Positions 1-9,728 of a stretch of 64,000 nucleotides of DNA are shown one piece after another. The first letter of the stretch is position 1, and each line of letters starts with the position of its first letter. The DNA comes from a virus (Duplodnaviria > Caudoviricetes), in the IMG/VR virus record IMGVR_UViG_3300008267_000189, positions 581 through 64,580 of that record. One strand, given 5' to 3'. The position numbers and the translations under genes were made by a program. A model generated the notes under the pieces. It was given only the letters and a program-made list of their open reading frames with translations. It was not told the DNA's origin and searched no databases.

Positions 1-1341
1 ACCAGCAAGACATAGGAAACGGAAGTGAGCTTCAGGCAAACTAAGATCATTGATTGCCATTTTCAAACGAGAATACGGAGACAATTGATGAATTCCCCAA
101 GTATTTGCTTGAATCAAGAAACCAGTCACTGACCCTGGACTGCGGAAGCCAAGATCCGTAAATACCGTAGATGCTCCACCAGCAGCTTTTACACGACCAA
201 CAAATTTGGCAGAAGCAGCAGATCCACCAGCTTCAGAACGATAAACGTTAAAATATTTAGCACCATTATTAGTAATGGTTACAGTAATTTTATCGCCAGC
301 AGCAGAAGTATGTGAAGCAGCAGGAGAAGCAAGAGATTCTCCTCTTTCATTTACAGCTGTTACATAATAAGTATAAGCTCCGGCAGGAAGAACTGAATTA
401 GCATCAGCAGGAGAAGCAAGAACTGGCGCAGCAGGAGCTGCAAGAGAACCAGAACGTGCACGAGCCGGTCTAGTTTTACCAGAAACAAATCTTGAAGCTT
501 CTAAAGAAACTAAAGCAGAAGAAGTCCATTGTTGTCTTAGTTCAGCACCTGTTTTAGACTGAGCACTTCCGCTAAGAACAATTCTTTCTTTTGCATGAGC
601 AATTTTGTTATATTGAGCAAGAGAAATAGGATCTAACACAAGCTTATCAGCAGAACCGTGATTCATAGCAGAACGAACTGCGGCATCTTCTATAGTAGAC
701 TGTGTAAGTGTACCATCAGCAGAAAGAACCACTGTTTGATCAGAGCCGTATTCGGCAAACATAAGATCTTGGGTATTAGCCATTGCGTCACTCATACGAA
801 TTTGAGCATCAACACCAACCATATTTGGAACATCAGCAATAGAGCTAGGATCTCCAGTGAAAAAACCATCAGAAGAGAATGAAGCCTGACCTTGGAAAAG
901 ATCAATTTCAATATCACCAGAAAGTTTCGCAGCAGCATCAGAGGCAGCACGATCTTCAGCTTTTACACCGTCAAAAGCACCAATCATATTAGCAGCAATA
1001 GAAACACGACGCATTGTAGAATAATAAGCCATTGGAACTACAGCACGTACATAGTTTGAAGTATCTTCTTCTCCAATACCACCTTCATACTGAGCAGATC
1101 CACCAAAAATACCGTAATCAAGTTGACGGTTAAATTGGATTAATTGAGATTTAGAATCTTTACTATCAAGCATTTTTTGAAGCTTAATATGAGAATCATC
1201 CCAAGTAACATTTTGCATAACAGGAGAAAGATCTTCTACCTGTAATGCTGCACCTTGAGTAAGACTATCTGGAGTGGCATTGTAGCTGCCAACTTCTAGT
1301 GCCTTAACTAGTTGTTGTAATTGTTCGACAGTGTTCGACAT
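1..1341 (-). CDS. Major capsid protein, SPO1/Twort-like (runs off window edge; missing from ORF track)
   Basis: Own translation MSNTVEQLQQLVKALEVGSYNATPDSLTQGAALQVEDLSPVMQNVTW... resembles the Herelleviridae MCP N-terminus (K/S-FTTGYGITP..AALRRE.L); C-terminal Ig-like insertion YTYYVTAVNERGES..YFNVYRS; GGAGG RBS upstream. Confidence 0.88.
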   Translation of the reverse strand, partial: MSNTVEQLQQLVKALEVGSYNATPDSLTQGAALQVEDLSPVMQNVTWDDSHIKLQKMLDSKDSKSQLIQFNRQLDYGIFGGSAQYEGGIGEEDTSNYVRAVVPMAYYSTMRRVSIAANMIGAFDGVKAEDRAASDAAAKLSGDIEIDLFQGQASFSSDGFFTGDPSSIADVPNMVGVDAQIRMSDAMANTQDLMFAEYGSDQTVVLSADGTLTQSTIEDAAVRSAMNHGSADKLVLDPISLAQYNKIAHAKERIVLSGSAQSKTGAELRQQWTSSALVSLEASRFVSGKTRPARARSGSLAAPAAPVLASPADANSVLPAGAYTYYVTAVNERGESLASPAASHTSAAGDKITVTITNNGAKYFNVYRSEAGGSAASAKFVGRVKAAGGASTVFTDLGFRSPGSVTGFLIQANTWGIHQLSPYSRLKMAINDLSLPEAHFRFLCLAG

Positions 1342-1350
1342 GGATTCCTC

Positions 1351-2025
1351 CTATTTTGAAATTAAGTGTTTAATTTTTTCTACACTTCCGTTTTGTAAGT
1401 AAAAATTGTTTATAGCATCTCTATCAGACTTGGACAATGATTGAAAATCAAGAGCTTTTAATTTAGCAGTTACTTCGCCTTTTGACATTTCAGAAATATC
1501 AAAAACCTCTACTTCATTTTCTTCCGATTTAGCAATAAAACTAGTAGCTGTAATTGCTTTTTGAGTCGGAGCTTTTTTTGAAGAGAAAAGTTTGCTTACA
1601 AGATCATTTAAAGTTTCAAGATTTTTTTTCAACTCTTTATTTTCTTGAGCCAGGGATTGTTCAGATTTTTTTACTGACATATCTCCACATTTCTCTATTT
1701 CTATTTCTACTTCTTGATCTTCTTTTTTATCGTCTTTTTTGTCTTCTTTTTTAGAATCTTTTTTTTCTTTTTCTTCCTTTTCTTCTTCTTTTTCTTCCTC
1801 AGATTTAGTCATCATGACTTTTTTAAGAGAAGAATAATGAGCTTCAATTTCATTTTTACTCATAGAAGCATAAAGATCGTCAATTGTTTCAAATTCTTCA
1901 GAACCAACCTCTGCCGGTTCTTCAACTATTTGATTTTTTTCGTTTTTTGTAATGCTTTCCAAGGTTCTTTCAAATTCCTGTTCTACTTGGAGGAGCATTT
2001 CATCAACTTGTGCTTTTGTATACAT
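1351..2025 (-). CDS. Putative capsid scaffolding protein
   Basis: Directly upstream of MCP; E/K-rich coiled coil; repeated xxKS/KN/KG motifs. Confidence 0.6.
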   Translation of the reverse strand: MYTKAQVDEMLLQVEQEFERTLESITKNEKNQIVEEPAEVGSEEFETIDDLYASMSKNEIEAHYSSLKKVMMTKSEEEKEEEKEEKEKKDSKKEDKKDDKKEDQEVEIEIEKCGDMSVKKSEQSLAQENKELKKNLETLNDLVSKLFSSKKAPTQKAITATSFIAKSEENEVEVFDISEMSKGEVTAKLKALDFQSLSKSDRDAINNFYLQNGSVEKIKHLISK

Positions 2026-2058
2026 GTCGAGTCTCCTTTATATGTTAGTAGAAAAAAA

Positions 2059-2448
2059 TTAAGCACCCTTAGTTGGCCACATGACATTGTGACGTTGCTC
2101 TTCAGCAGAATCAGCAGCTGTTTCAGCATCAGCAAGAGTTGCATCTTCACCAATTTTAAGAGCAACACCTTGTTTTGCAAGCTCCATCATCACCTTGGCA
2201 ACTTCAGTATGAGTAGCTACAGCGTTATCGATTGCAAGTTTAACTTCATGAGGTGCGAAAGAATCTAGAGGATTTCCAAAAACATCTTTAGAAACCGCAT
2301 CTTTTGCTTCAATTTTAATTGATATGCTAGAATCAATAGCTAATTTTGTTCCTTTAGCTAAATCAGATTGAACAACAGAAAAACCTCTTTTTTCAAGAGA
2401 TGATTTAAGTTCACGGGCCATTGCTTGTGATTTTGCTTTGCTTAACAT
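2059..2448 (-). CDS. Hypothetical head-associated protein (capsid operon)
   Basis: GGAGG RBS; first gene of the scaffold-MCP operon; Ala-rich. Confidence 0.5.
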   Translation of the reverse strand: MLSKAKSQAMARELKSSLEKRGFSVVQSDLAKGTKLAIDSSISIKIEAKDAVSKDVFGNPLDSFAPHEVKLAIDNAVATHTEVAKVMMELAKQGVALKIGEDATLADAETAADSAEEQRHNVMWPTKGA

Positions 2449-2588
2449 AAAAAAATCCTCCTATAATATAGAAATTGTGTATCAACGAACTTTCAACAGT
2501 TTAGTATAAATTATTAATTCTCATATATAAGAATCTAATGATATTATGTAGTTACAATTAAATATTTTTACCAAATTTAATGAAAATA

Positions 2589-2596
2589 AATCTTTA
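2589..2596 (+). promoter_or_regulatory. Putative late promoter motif AATCTTTA
   Basis: Same 8-mer recurs in short gaps upstream of structural and lysis genes. Confidence 0.55.
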
Positions 2597-2617
2597 TATA
2601 CAAGCACAGGACATAAA

Positions 2618-4351
2618 ATGAGCAAAAATACTATAATCGATGGAATTGCGGCTTCCGAGCATATTGATTCTTCAGGAGAGTCTTTAAGTATCGAGGGAAT
2701 GGACACTTCTAGTTTAGGAGGTCCGGACTCTATACTAAACTGGGAGCATGGATCAAAGGATCGCCCTGGTCAAGTTGTTGGCAAGGTAACTTTTGCCAGA
2801 AAAATCATGAAAAAGGAAGACGCTAAATCAGAAAGAGAGCTTTATTTTTGGAATAAAGCAAAAAAACCTTTTGTTTACATTAAAGCCGAATTATTTGATG
2901 GACTAGGCCATTCTGGCGCAGAGGATGTGGCCGCCATGTTAAAATATAAGAATAAAGACAAGGGCGAAGATAGCAGGCTTGTTGTAGGGTTTTCGATAGA
3001 AGGTGGTAAAATTGAAAAAAAAGGCATGCTTGTAACAAAATCCATTGCAAGAGATGTTGCCATTACCGTCAAGCCTTGTAATAAGATATGTGATGCAGAG
3101 GTTATTGAAAAAGACGTTTCTGATGATTTTCTTTACAAAAATCAAAATTTCGATTGTGAAATTATAAACAATGAATTATCAATAAATTCAACAGCTTTTA
3201 GATCAATGCTACTAGATAGTATTAAAAAAAGCGAATGGAAACCTTCTAAAGAAGATAAAGAACAAATTAAAGAATTAAAAATAAATTCTAAAGCAAAACA
3301 ATTAATTGAAAAATATAATACAGATAACAACATGAGAAAAGCTCTTATTGCTGGCATGATATCGGGATCTCCTGATTCAAGAACAGGAACAGCAGCCTTG
3401 ACTTCTGAACATTTAGAAGGTAAACTAGAAAAACCTTTCAGATCAAAATCTCAACGTAAATTTGCCTATGCCAACCCTGAAAAATTTGGCGGCAAAGAAG
3501 GTATAAAAGAATGGGAGAGTAAAACTTCTAAAAAATTGCCTGAAAAAGTTAAAAAATCTAAAAAGCTAGAAAAAAATGTTCCTTCTTTAGAATATACAAA
3601 AATAGCCGGCGAAAATATTCCTCGACAAGATGTTAAAAAAGTAACCATGGAAAACCCTTATGGATCTGGTCAAATGTATCAGGAAGATAAAAAATACCCA
3701 AGGGGTCTAAGAGGTCTGGTTAGATTTAACAAAGATAAACAAAAAAGTTCTGCTTATGATATAAGTTCAAGCTCTAGTAGGCCTGATCAAACACAGAACC
3801 AGATGGTTCGAGCAAGAAAAAAACAGATGCAAATGGAAGAACAAGGGAAAGAAGCCCCAAAACCAGGCAAAGGAAACTATCCTACAACCGAACAGCACGA
3901 GTCGTTGCATCATCACCTAAATAGGTTTGAAATTAAAAATCCTCAAAATGATAATTCTCAAGATTTAAGAAATTCATTAATAAGACACTCACTGGGATAT
4001 TTTCATCCCGAAGCAGTAAAAGCCGTTCAGAGATACTTAATGGATAATCCAGCATATAAGAAAAAAACTCCAGAAAAAATAAACGAAGAAACACTCACTC
4101 ATTTATCAGACTATAGAACCGACCCTGTAAAAAGGGAGGCTATTAAAAAATATAGCAGAATAACACACCCTGAAGAATTAAACAGATTTGATACTAGCAT
4201 TAAGTCGTCGTGGAAAAATCTAATACCTGATGCAAAAGATATCTCGTCCGAACATTTGCAGCATATACATAACAGATTTTCAAGTGATAAGCCTGAGAAT
4301 GTAGATAAATTTTATAAACAATTAAGACAAAGCTTTAAAGATGAAAAGTAA
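2618..4351 (+). CDS. Prohead maturation protease with long C-terminal extension (HExxH module)
   Basis: IDGIAASEHIDSSGE, LNWEHG (His) and GFSIEGG (Ser) motifs of the HK97/SPO1-type prohead protease; later HESLH...EE. Confidence 0.82.
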   Translation: MSKNTIIDGIAASEHIDSSGESLSIEGMDTSSLGGPDSILNWEHGSKDRPGQVVGKVTFARKIMKKEDAKSERELYFWNKAKKPFVYIKAELFDGLGHSGAEDVAAMLKYKNKDKGEDSRLVVGFSIEGGKIEKKGMLVTKSIARDVAITVKPCNKICDAEVIEKDVSDDFLYKNQNFDCEIINNELSINSTAFRSMLLDSIKKSEWKPSKEDKEQIKELKINSKAKQLIEKYNTDNNMRKALIAGMISGSPDSRTGTAALTSEHLEGKLEKPFRSKSQRKFAYANPEKFGGKEGIKEWESKTSKKLPEKVKKSKKLEKNVPSLEYTKIAGENIPRQDVKKVTMENPYGSGQMYQEDKKYPRGLRGLVRFNKDKQKSSAYDISSSSSRPDQTQNQMVRARKKQMQMEEQGKEAPKPGKGNYPTTEQHESLHHHLNRFEIKNPQNDNSQDLRNSLIRHSLGYFHPEAVKAVQRYLMDNPAYKKKTPEKINEETLTHLSDYRTDPVKREAIKKYSRITHPEELNRFDTSIKSSWKNLIPDAKDISSEHLQHIHNRFSSDKPENVDKFYKQLRQSFKDEK

Positions 4352-4727
4352 CAGAATCGCAATTGGATTAATTGTAAATCAAGAAAATAAAATGTTGATG
4401 GGAAAAAGAAACGACACAGATAAATGGACAATCCCAGCCGGACATATAGAAGAAAATGAGTGTCCTTTTGCTGGAATGGGAAGAGAGCTTAAAGAAGAGA
4501 CAGGGCTAGATGCTAAAGAAATAAAAATGATCAGAGCAGGTTTTGAGGATGGATTACTGCTTTATTTATTTGAAATAAAAACAGACTCTGAACAAAAAAT
4601 TGATACTTCCGGTGATCCGGATAAAGAATGCAATGATTGGACGTATGAAGATCCGTTTGATCATATTTATGAATTACATGTACCAGCTCATAAGAACTGG
4701 GCATTAAAACACTGGGCAAATAGGTAA
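4341..4727 (+). CDS. NUDIX hydrolase
   Basis: Nudix box GHIEENECPFAGMGRELKEETGL. Confidence 0.9.
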   Translation: MKSNRIAIGLIVNQENKMLMGKRNDTDKWTIPAGHIEENECPFAGMGRELKEETGLDAKEIKMIRAGFEDGLLLYLFEIKTDSEQKIDTSGDPDKECNDWTYEDPFDHIYELHVPAHKNWALKHWANR

Positions 4728-4732
4728 AATTT

Positions 4733-5056
4733 ATGAATTACGAAATTGTAGGACTGGTTCTTGCTGCTTTATTTATGATAAGTGGAGGAGTAGCTACTCT
4801 TTATAAAATGATCAATTCTTTAAGAGAAGAAAGAGATCGTGAAAATGAAAAATTATTAAAAGAAGCAAAAGAATATACCGATGTAAAATGTCAATCTTTA
4901 GAACAAGAGCTTGTTCATCAAAAAGATAAACATGAAGGTAAGATAGCAGAACTTTCTGATAAAATAGAACAATTAAGAGAAGAAATGAGAAGACATCATA
5001 GCCAGCTAGTAGAGCTTCTCACTAAAATGATAGATAAAACGCATTTTAAGGATTAA
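4733..5056 (+). CDS. Single-TM coiled-coil protein (holin-like candidate)
   Basis: N-terminal hydrophobic helix followed by heptad coiled coil. Confidence 0.4.
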   Translation: MNYEIVGLVLAALFMISGGVATLYKMINSLREERDRENEKLLKEAKEYTDVKCQSLEQELVHQKDKHEGKIAELSDKIEQLREEMRRHHSQLVELLTKMIDKTHFKD

Positions 5057-5330
5057 AACCTAGTTCTTTTGCTCTGGTCACACTAAGAGTTCCTCGGGCC
5101 TCGCCAGCTCTTTTGGTTCTCTCGTAGTCTATGGTTTTAAAATTAACAAAAGTACCTTTGGGAATTACTATTTCAAAAACAGTACCATCCTCAGGATCTT
5201 GAAAAGCTTTTCCAACACCGATCATTTCTAAACAATCTTCCATAACATTGTTTAATTCTTTTAGTTCATTTTTTAAACTTTCAACTTTTTTTGATACTTC
5301 AATAAAATTTTTTTGTTCATTTGTAAGCAT
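5046..5330 (-). CDS. Hypothetical early protein
   Basis: AGGAG RBS and its own sigma70-like promoter. Confidence 0.65.
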   Translation of the reverse strand: MLTNEQKNFIEVSKKVESLKNELKELNNVMEDCLEMIGVGKAFQDPEDGTVFEIVIPKGTFVNFKTIDYERTKRAGEARGTLSVTRAKELGFNP

Positions 5331-5352
5331 GTATTCTCCTTGATTTTTTTAT

Positions 5353-5381
5353 ATACTAAACTAATTCTATGTTTGTGTCAA
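5353..5381 (-). promoter_or_regulatory. Sigma70-type promoter TTGACA-N17-TAGTAT
   Basis: Reverse-complement consensus with 17-nt spacer upstream of 5330. Confidence 0.7.
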
Positions 5382-5493
5382 ATAAAAAATATATGCAATA
5401 TTTTCAATTACTTATCATATAATTTATCAATAATAATCTTTAAATCATAGTACGTTACAACGTTACGGTTAACCCCGTTCTATAGGAGAAAAA

Positions 5494-5934
5494 ATGATTA
5501 GCCAAAGTGAAGAACGTGTATTAGCTATTGCTATTACAAACGCAAAACTTGCCAGTGAAATTGTTGTAAGAGTTATTGACAGTACTCCGGCAGATGCTGC
5601 AGCTGCTCAGGAAATTCTTGATATAATTTCAAGTTCTGAAAAAGAAGAAAAACAAATTGAAGAATATCTTATAGTTGCGCTTACTAGTCGTCGTCATGGA
5701 AAGGAGATTTCTGATAAATTAAAATTGATAGTCCAATGCCTAGAGCTTCAAGCGGCAGACTTAATAGCAAATAATATTGAATTAAATGAAAAACAAGAGT
5801 TACTTACTCCTCTTAGTGAAGAAACAAAAGAAAGACTAGTAATTGCAATGGCAAATAGATCTATAGCAAAATCTGTTGCTGATAAAATCGACAATGCTAT
5901 AGCTGCTGCTGCTGCAATTCCCGACGCTGTATAA
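5494..5934 (+). CDS. Putative structural protein with three helical repeats
   Basis: LAIAITN/LIVALTS/LVIAMAN repeats; AGGAG RBS; AATCTTTA at 5435. Confidence 0.55.
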   Translation: MISQSEERVLAIAITNAKLASEIVVRVIDSTPADAAAAQEILDIISSSEKEEKQIEEYLIVALTSRRHGKEISDKLKLIVQCLELQAADLIANNIELNEKQELLTPLSEETKERLVIAMANRSIAKSVADKIDNAIAAAAAIPDAV

Positions 5935-6107
5935 TGGAAAAATCTGATTTAATGAGGGCTTTAATCAAAGGAATGTTTAAAAAGACAGATCCTGAGAAGC
6001 CCTTGTTGAACGAAAAACAGCAAAAATCCGAGTCGGAGGATCATATTTTTAAGTCAAATCAATCATTCCAAGTAGTTAGAAAGAAAATAGTAAGAAAAAA
6101 GGATTAA
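5934..6107 (+). CDS. Small protein, 57 aa (MEKSDLMRAL...)
   Basis: TAATG coupling to upstream stop; below ORF-track cutoff. Confidence 0.5.
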   Translation: MEKSDLMRALIKGMFKKTDPEKPLLNEKQQKSESEDHIFKSNQSFQVVRKKIVRKKD

Positions 6108-6646
6108 ATTTTATAATTTTTTTCTAGAATATCTAATATTTGATCTTTAATATCAAAAATTTTATCATCTTCATCAAATTTTATTAATTTAATATCAATG
6201 CCTTGAGATATTGAATAATTATTTATGTTTTTAAAAAAATTATAAGAATCTAAAACACTAGAAGATTCAGGTATCTCTTTGAATCTGCCTGCAGAAAAAA
6301 CCAAAGTTTCAGGCAATAAAAAAAAATGAACAGAACCATACTTATGGTTTATATCTTGCTCTTTTCTTAATAATTCTCTACAGTTATCATCTAAGGATAG
6401 TATACTTAATCCTTTTTTTATATTGTCTTGAAACAAAGAAAGGATAGAGTTTTCTTTTAAAATAACGCAATTACTATTTTCTTCTAATAAAATATCCTGT
6501 AATTTCAATTTGTTGTCATCTATACCATTCATTTCTTTTAAATCAAATTTTTTATCTTTTAAATACTTACGGATTTCTCTGGCCACTGAGGTTTTGCCTG
6601 ATTTGTCTATACCATCTATGTAAATACATCTTATTTTTCTTGACAT
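6104..6646 (-). CDS. Thymidylate-kinase-like P-loop protein
   Basis: IYIDGIDKSGKTS P-loop; canonical DR motif not evident. Confidence 0.55.
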   Translation of the reverse strand: MSRKIRCIYIDGIDKSGKTSVAREIRKYLKDKKFDLKEMNGIDDNKLKLQDILLEENSNCVILKENSILSLFQDNIKKGLSILSLDDNCRELLRKEQDINHKYGSVHFFLLPETLVFSAGRFKEIPESSSVLDSYNFFKNINNYSISQGIDIKLIKFDEDDKIFDIKDQILDILEKNYKI

Positions 6647-6687
6647 GTAATATATAATATCATAATCTTTAAGACATAGGAGCGCCC

Positions 6688-7077
6688 ATGAAATTATCAG
6701 TTAAGTTCTTGAAAAATGTAGCAAATGTAAATACTTTTCAATATACATCTCAGTGGAATATCTCTGAAGGATCTTCTCAAATTTTATATTTTCAATTTGT
6801 TGATAAACTTAAAGATGATTTAAGATATATGAGTCAAGCAATTGTTATTGACGAAGTAGCGGTAACATTTTTAAATATAGATGAAGCTTCGGAAATTATA
6901 AAAATAGCGACACAAGTTTTCCCTGACGACAAATCAATCTGGTGTATTACATTAGCAAATGATGAAGTTCCAAATTCTGGAGCTGCAAAATTTTCTATAA
7001 CAGAGGATGGACAAGAGCGCAGGTTCAGAGTAGAACAAGCTATTTCTGTTGATCTTCTTGATGCAGGGAGTTGTTAA
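6688..7077 (+). CDS. Putative virion protein (beta-rich)
   Basis: Late motif at 6664, AGGAG RBS, adjacent to neck gene. Confidence 0.5.
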   Translation: MKLSVKFLKNVANVNTFQYTSQWNISEGSSQILYFQFVDKLKDDLRYMSQAIVIDEVAVTFLNIDEASEIIKIATQVFPDDKSIWCITLANDEVPNSGAAKFSITEDGQERRFRVEQAISVDLLDAGSC

Positions 7078-7907
7078 TGCCTTTTTTATCTGATCAAAAC
7101 TACCCAAAAGATTATGGAACAAAAGCCTATCCGGTCGGGGCTGAAGATAGTAGTGAAGTCTTAAAAAGAATAGAACCTATCCTAACGCCTGAAAAATTAG
7201 TCAATAGATATTTAAAAGGTATAAATCTTTCTCAATATTCTAATGATGATTTAAAAGATATAATTGGAATTGCTGCTGATAAAACAGAGCTTTTAATAGG
7301 AACCACAGTCACTCCTGTAAAAAGAAAAGAAAAACATCCTTTTGATAGAAACCTATACCGAAGCTTCATCCACATAATGGCAAACTTTGGCCCGATTCTT
7401 CAAATTAATAAATTTTGTATCAGAAGCTCGAACGATAAGAACATATTTGAAATACCTGCTGACTGGATTGATGCAGCTAGGTTTTATCAAAAACAAATAA
7501 ATGTTATTCCTTTAACAGTTGTAGGAGCTACAGGCATCAGTCAAGGTCAGCCCACGGGCGCAGCCGGGCTAGCTTTTATTGCAGCAATGAACGGAGGGAT
7601 TGACTGGGTTCCTTCTTACTGGGAAATCGAATATACAACAGGTGTGTGTACTAAAGAAGGACAGGTCCCATCTATCGTGAATGAATTGATTGGATGTCTT
7701 GCGGCCATTAATATTTTGGGTAATTTAGGAGCGCAAAATAAAAACACTTCTGTAAGCATAAGCCATGATGGTATTTCTCAGTCCAGCTCTAATCCAGGTC
7801 CAAACCTCTATCAGACAAGAATTGCAGAATTAATGGCAGAAAGAGATCAAATGGTAAAGAAAATTAAAGGTGTATTTTATAATAAAAGATTTGTAACAAA
7901 TATTTAA
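7077..7907 (+). CDS. Putative head-tail adaptor/neck protein
   Basis: EIEYTTG...VP and SVSISHDGISQS motifs typical of adaptor proteins; ATG overlaps upstream TAA. Confidence 0.6.
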   Translation: MPFLSDQNYPKDYGTKAYPVGAEDSSEVLKRIEPILTPEKLVNRYLKGINLSQYSNDDLKDIIGIAADKTELLIGTTVTPVKRKEKHPFDRNLYRSFIHIMANFGPILQINKFCIRSSNDKNIFEIPADWIDAARFYQKQINVIPLTVVGATGISQGQPTGAAGLAFIAAMNGGIDWVPSYWEIEYTTGVCTKEGQVPSIVNELIGCLAAINILGNLGAQNKNTSVSISHDGISQSSSNPGPNLYQTRIAELMAERDQMVKKIKGVFYNKRFVTNI

Positions 7908-7922
7908 TGATATTATATTTTT

Positions 7923-9404
7923 ATGTATAAAAAAATTATACAAGAGATTAAAAAGAATGAAAACAATAATGATTTAAGTTATTTAAATAATGTAAAACTT
8001 AACCCAGAACATGGCAAAAAGATAGCCCAAGCCTATCAGGACATGAAGCACGATCCTGACCATCCCGAAGTTCAAAAAGCATACTCAGCACTCATTGACG
8101 AGACAAAACAACAATTTAATGATATGATGAATAAAGGATTGAAAATATCCCGCATTGAACCAGGAATGGAAAATCCTTATAAAAGTTCTAAAGAGTTACA
8201 CAATGATGTTAAAAATAATAACCACTTATGGTATTTTCCTACAGAATCGGGCTTTGGAGATAATGAACAATTAACAAAACACCCAATGTTACAGTCCACA
8301 GGTGTTAAACATGGCGATAAAGAATTATTAGCAAATGATATGTTTAGAATAGTTCACGATATAAACGGGCATCATTTAGGAGGAGAGTCAGGGTTTGGAC
8401 CTACAGGCGAGCATAAAGCTTACCTCACACATAAAAAAATGTATTCGCCATTAGCGAGTAAGGCTCTTGCTTCAGAAACTTTAGGACAAAATTCTTGGGT
8501 TAATTTTGGGCCTCATGCAGAGCATAATCAAAAAAATCCAAACCAAACCGTTTATGCCGAACAAAAGGCAGGGCTATTACCGGAAGAAATAGTAAACGGA
8601 GATTGGCATAAAAACGAAATCCAGAAAGGAGAATTAATGGAAATTTTAAAAAATTTTGCATTAACAAAATCTTATGAGTATTCGCAAAAATATCCAAAAA
8701 TTTCTCAAAAAGATTTAAAGAAAAATTTTAACAAACTTCTCAGAAATGGAGTCGCATTACTAGGGCTGGTTCATGCTCATAAATACATGGATATGCCAAA
8801 CCAATCCAATAATTCCAATAAATTAATCCCGGAAAGCAATATTTCTCAAGAATTTGAAAGAGATAGAAAATCATACTCTGATAAATATAATACCAATCAA
8901 GGTACAAATTTTTCAGATAAACAAAAAAAAATAGATAATTTTTTAAAAACAACATCAATGATTGAGAGTTCTGGAGGCAAAAATTTAAAACATCCCAGAA
9001 TTAAATACGGAATGCATGCCGGAGACAAAGCAGTGGGGCAATGGGCTTTGATGCCAAAAACTATTAAGGAATTAGCAGGAAGAATGGGTGATAATTCTGA
9101 AATAGCTCCTTATGCTAAAATGGATAGTAAAAAAATATCACAGAATTTATCGCAGAATCCTGGTCACGAAAAACAGATAGCATCCTTTTTAGCAAATAAA
9201 CTATATGACAAATTCAGTGGCGATGAAAACAAAATGGCATACGCTTGGAATCAGGGGCACAATATAAATCCTGATTCATTTAAAACAGACAGAAAAGATT
9301 ATCTAAATCATGATTATGTAAAAAAATATAATGAATATAAAACTAACAACACCCCCAAACAGGAGATTTCTAGATCTATTGCAAATTTTGACAAAAATAA
9401 ATAA
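7923..9404 (+). CDS. Two-domain putative virion protein: HDxxGH zincin-like domain plus lytic transglycosylase-like domain
   Basis: NDMFRIVHDINGHH..GFGPTGE..SETLGQNSWVNFG; IESSGG..GQWALMPKT..AYAWNQG (lysozyme-like SLT motifs). Confidence 0.65.
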   Translation: MYKKIIQEIKKNENNNDLSYLNNVKLNPEHGKKIAQAYQDMKHDPDHPEVQKAYSALIDETKQQFNDMMNKGLKISRIEPGMENPYKSSKELHNDVKNNNHLWYFPTESGFGDNEQLTKHPMLQSTGVKHGDKELLANDMFRIVHDINGHHLGGESGFGPTGEHKAYLTHKKMYSPLASKALASETLGQNSWVNFGPHAEHNQKNPNQTVYAEQKAGLLPEEIVNGDWHKNEIQKGELMEILKNFALTKSYEYSQKYPKISQKDLKKNFNKLLRNGVALLGLVHAHKYMDMPNQSNNSNKLIPESNISQEFERDRKSYSDKYNTNQGTNFSDKQKKIDNFLKTTSMIESSGGKNLKHPRIKYGMHAGDKAVGQWALMPKTIKELAGRMGDNSEIAPYAKMDSKKISQNLSQNPGHEKQIASFLANKLYDKFSGDENKMAYAWNQGHNINPDSFKTDRKDYLNHDYVKKYNEYKTNNTPKQEISRSIANFDKNK

Positions 9405-9415
9405 TTATAAAAAAT

Positions 9416-9649
9416 ATGAAAAAAAATACAAATCAGTCTCTTATTAATAAAGCAAAAAAAAGAAATTGGGACGATTTGGCGCATGATATAATTCAACTAG
9501 AAAAATCTATTGAAAAAGAAAAAAATTCTAAATCATTGATTTTATTAAAAAATAAGCTAAAAATATTAGAAGAAGAAAAAAGTAGCCGTCTTTTCGATTG
9601 TTTTGATATGAAAAATTTTTTAAACAAAAATAATGAAGATTTTGAATAA
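9416..9649 (+). CDS. Hypothetical protein
   Basis: ORF fills gap in same-strand operon. Confidence 0.5.
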   Translation: MKKNTNQSLINKAKKRNWDDLAHDIIQLEKSIEKEKNSKSLILLKNKLKILEEEKSSRLFDCFDMKNFLNKNNEDFE

Positions 9650-9728
9650 AATATTCTAAAAAAACAAATACTTAACTGTCTGAAATATCTGAAATAATCT
9701 TTATATTATATTGTTTTTAAGAGGACAT

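Noticed and set aside
1554-2268. Phe-rich plus-strand ORFs 1554-1754 and 1714-2268, and similar antisense ORFs elsewhere
   Set aside because: Shadows of Lys/Glu-rich genes on the opposite strand.
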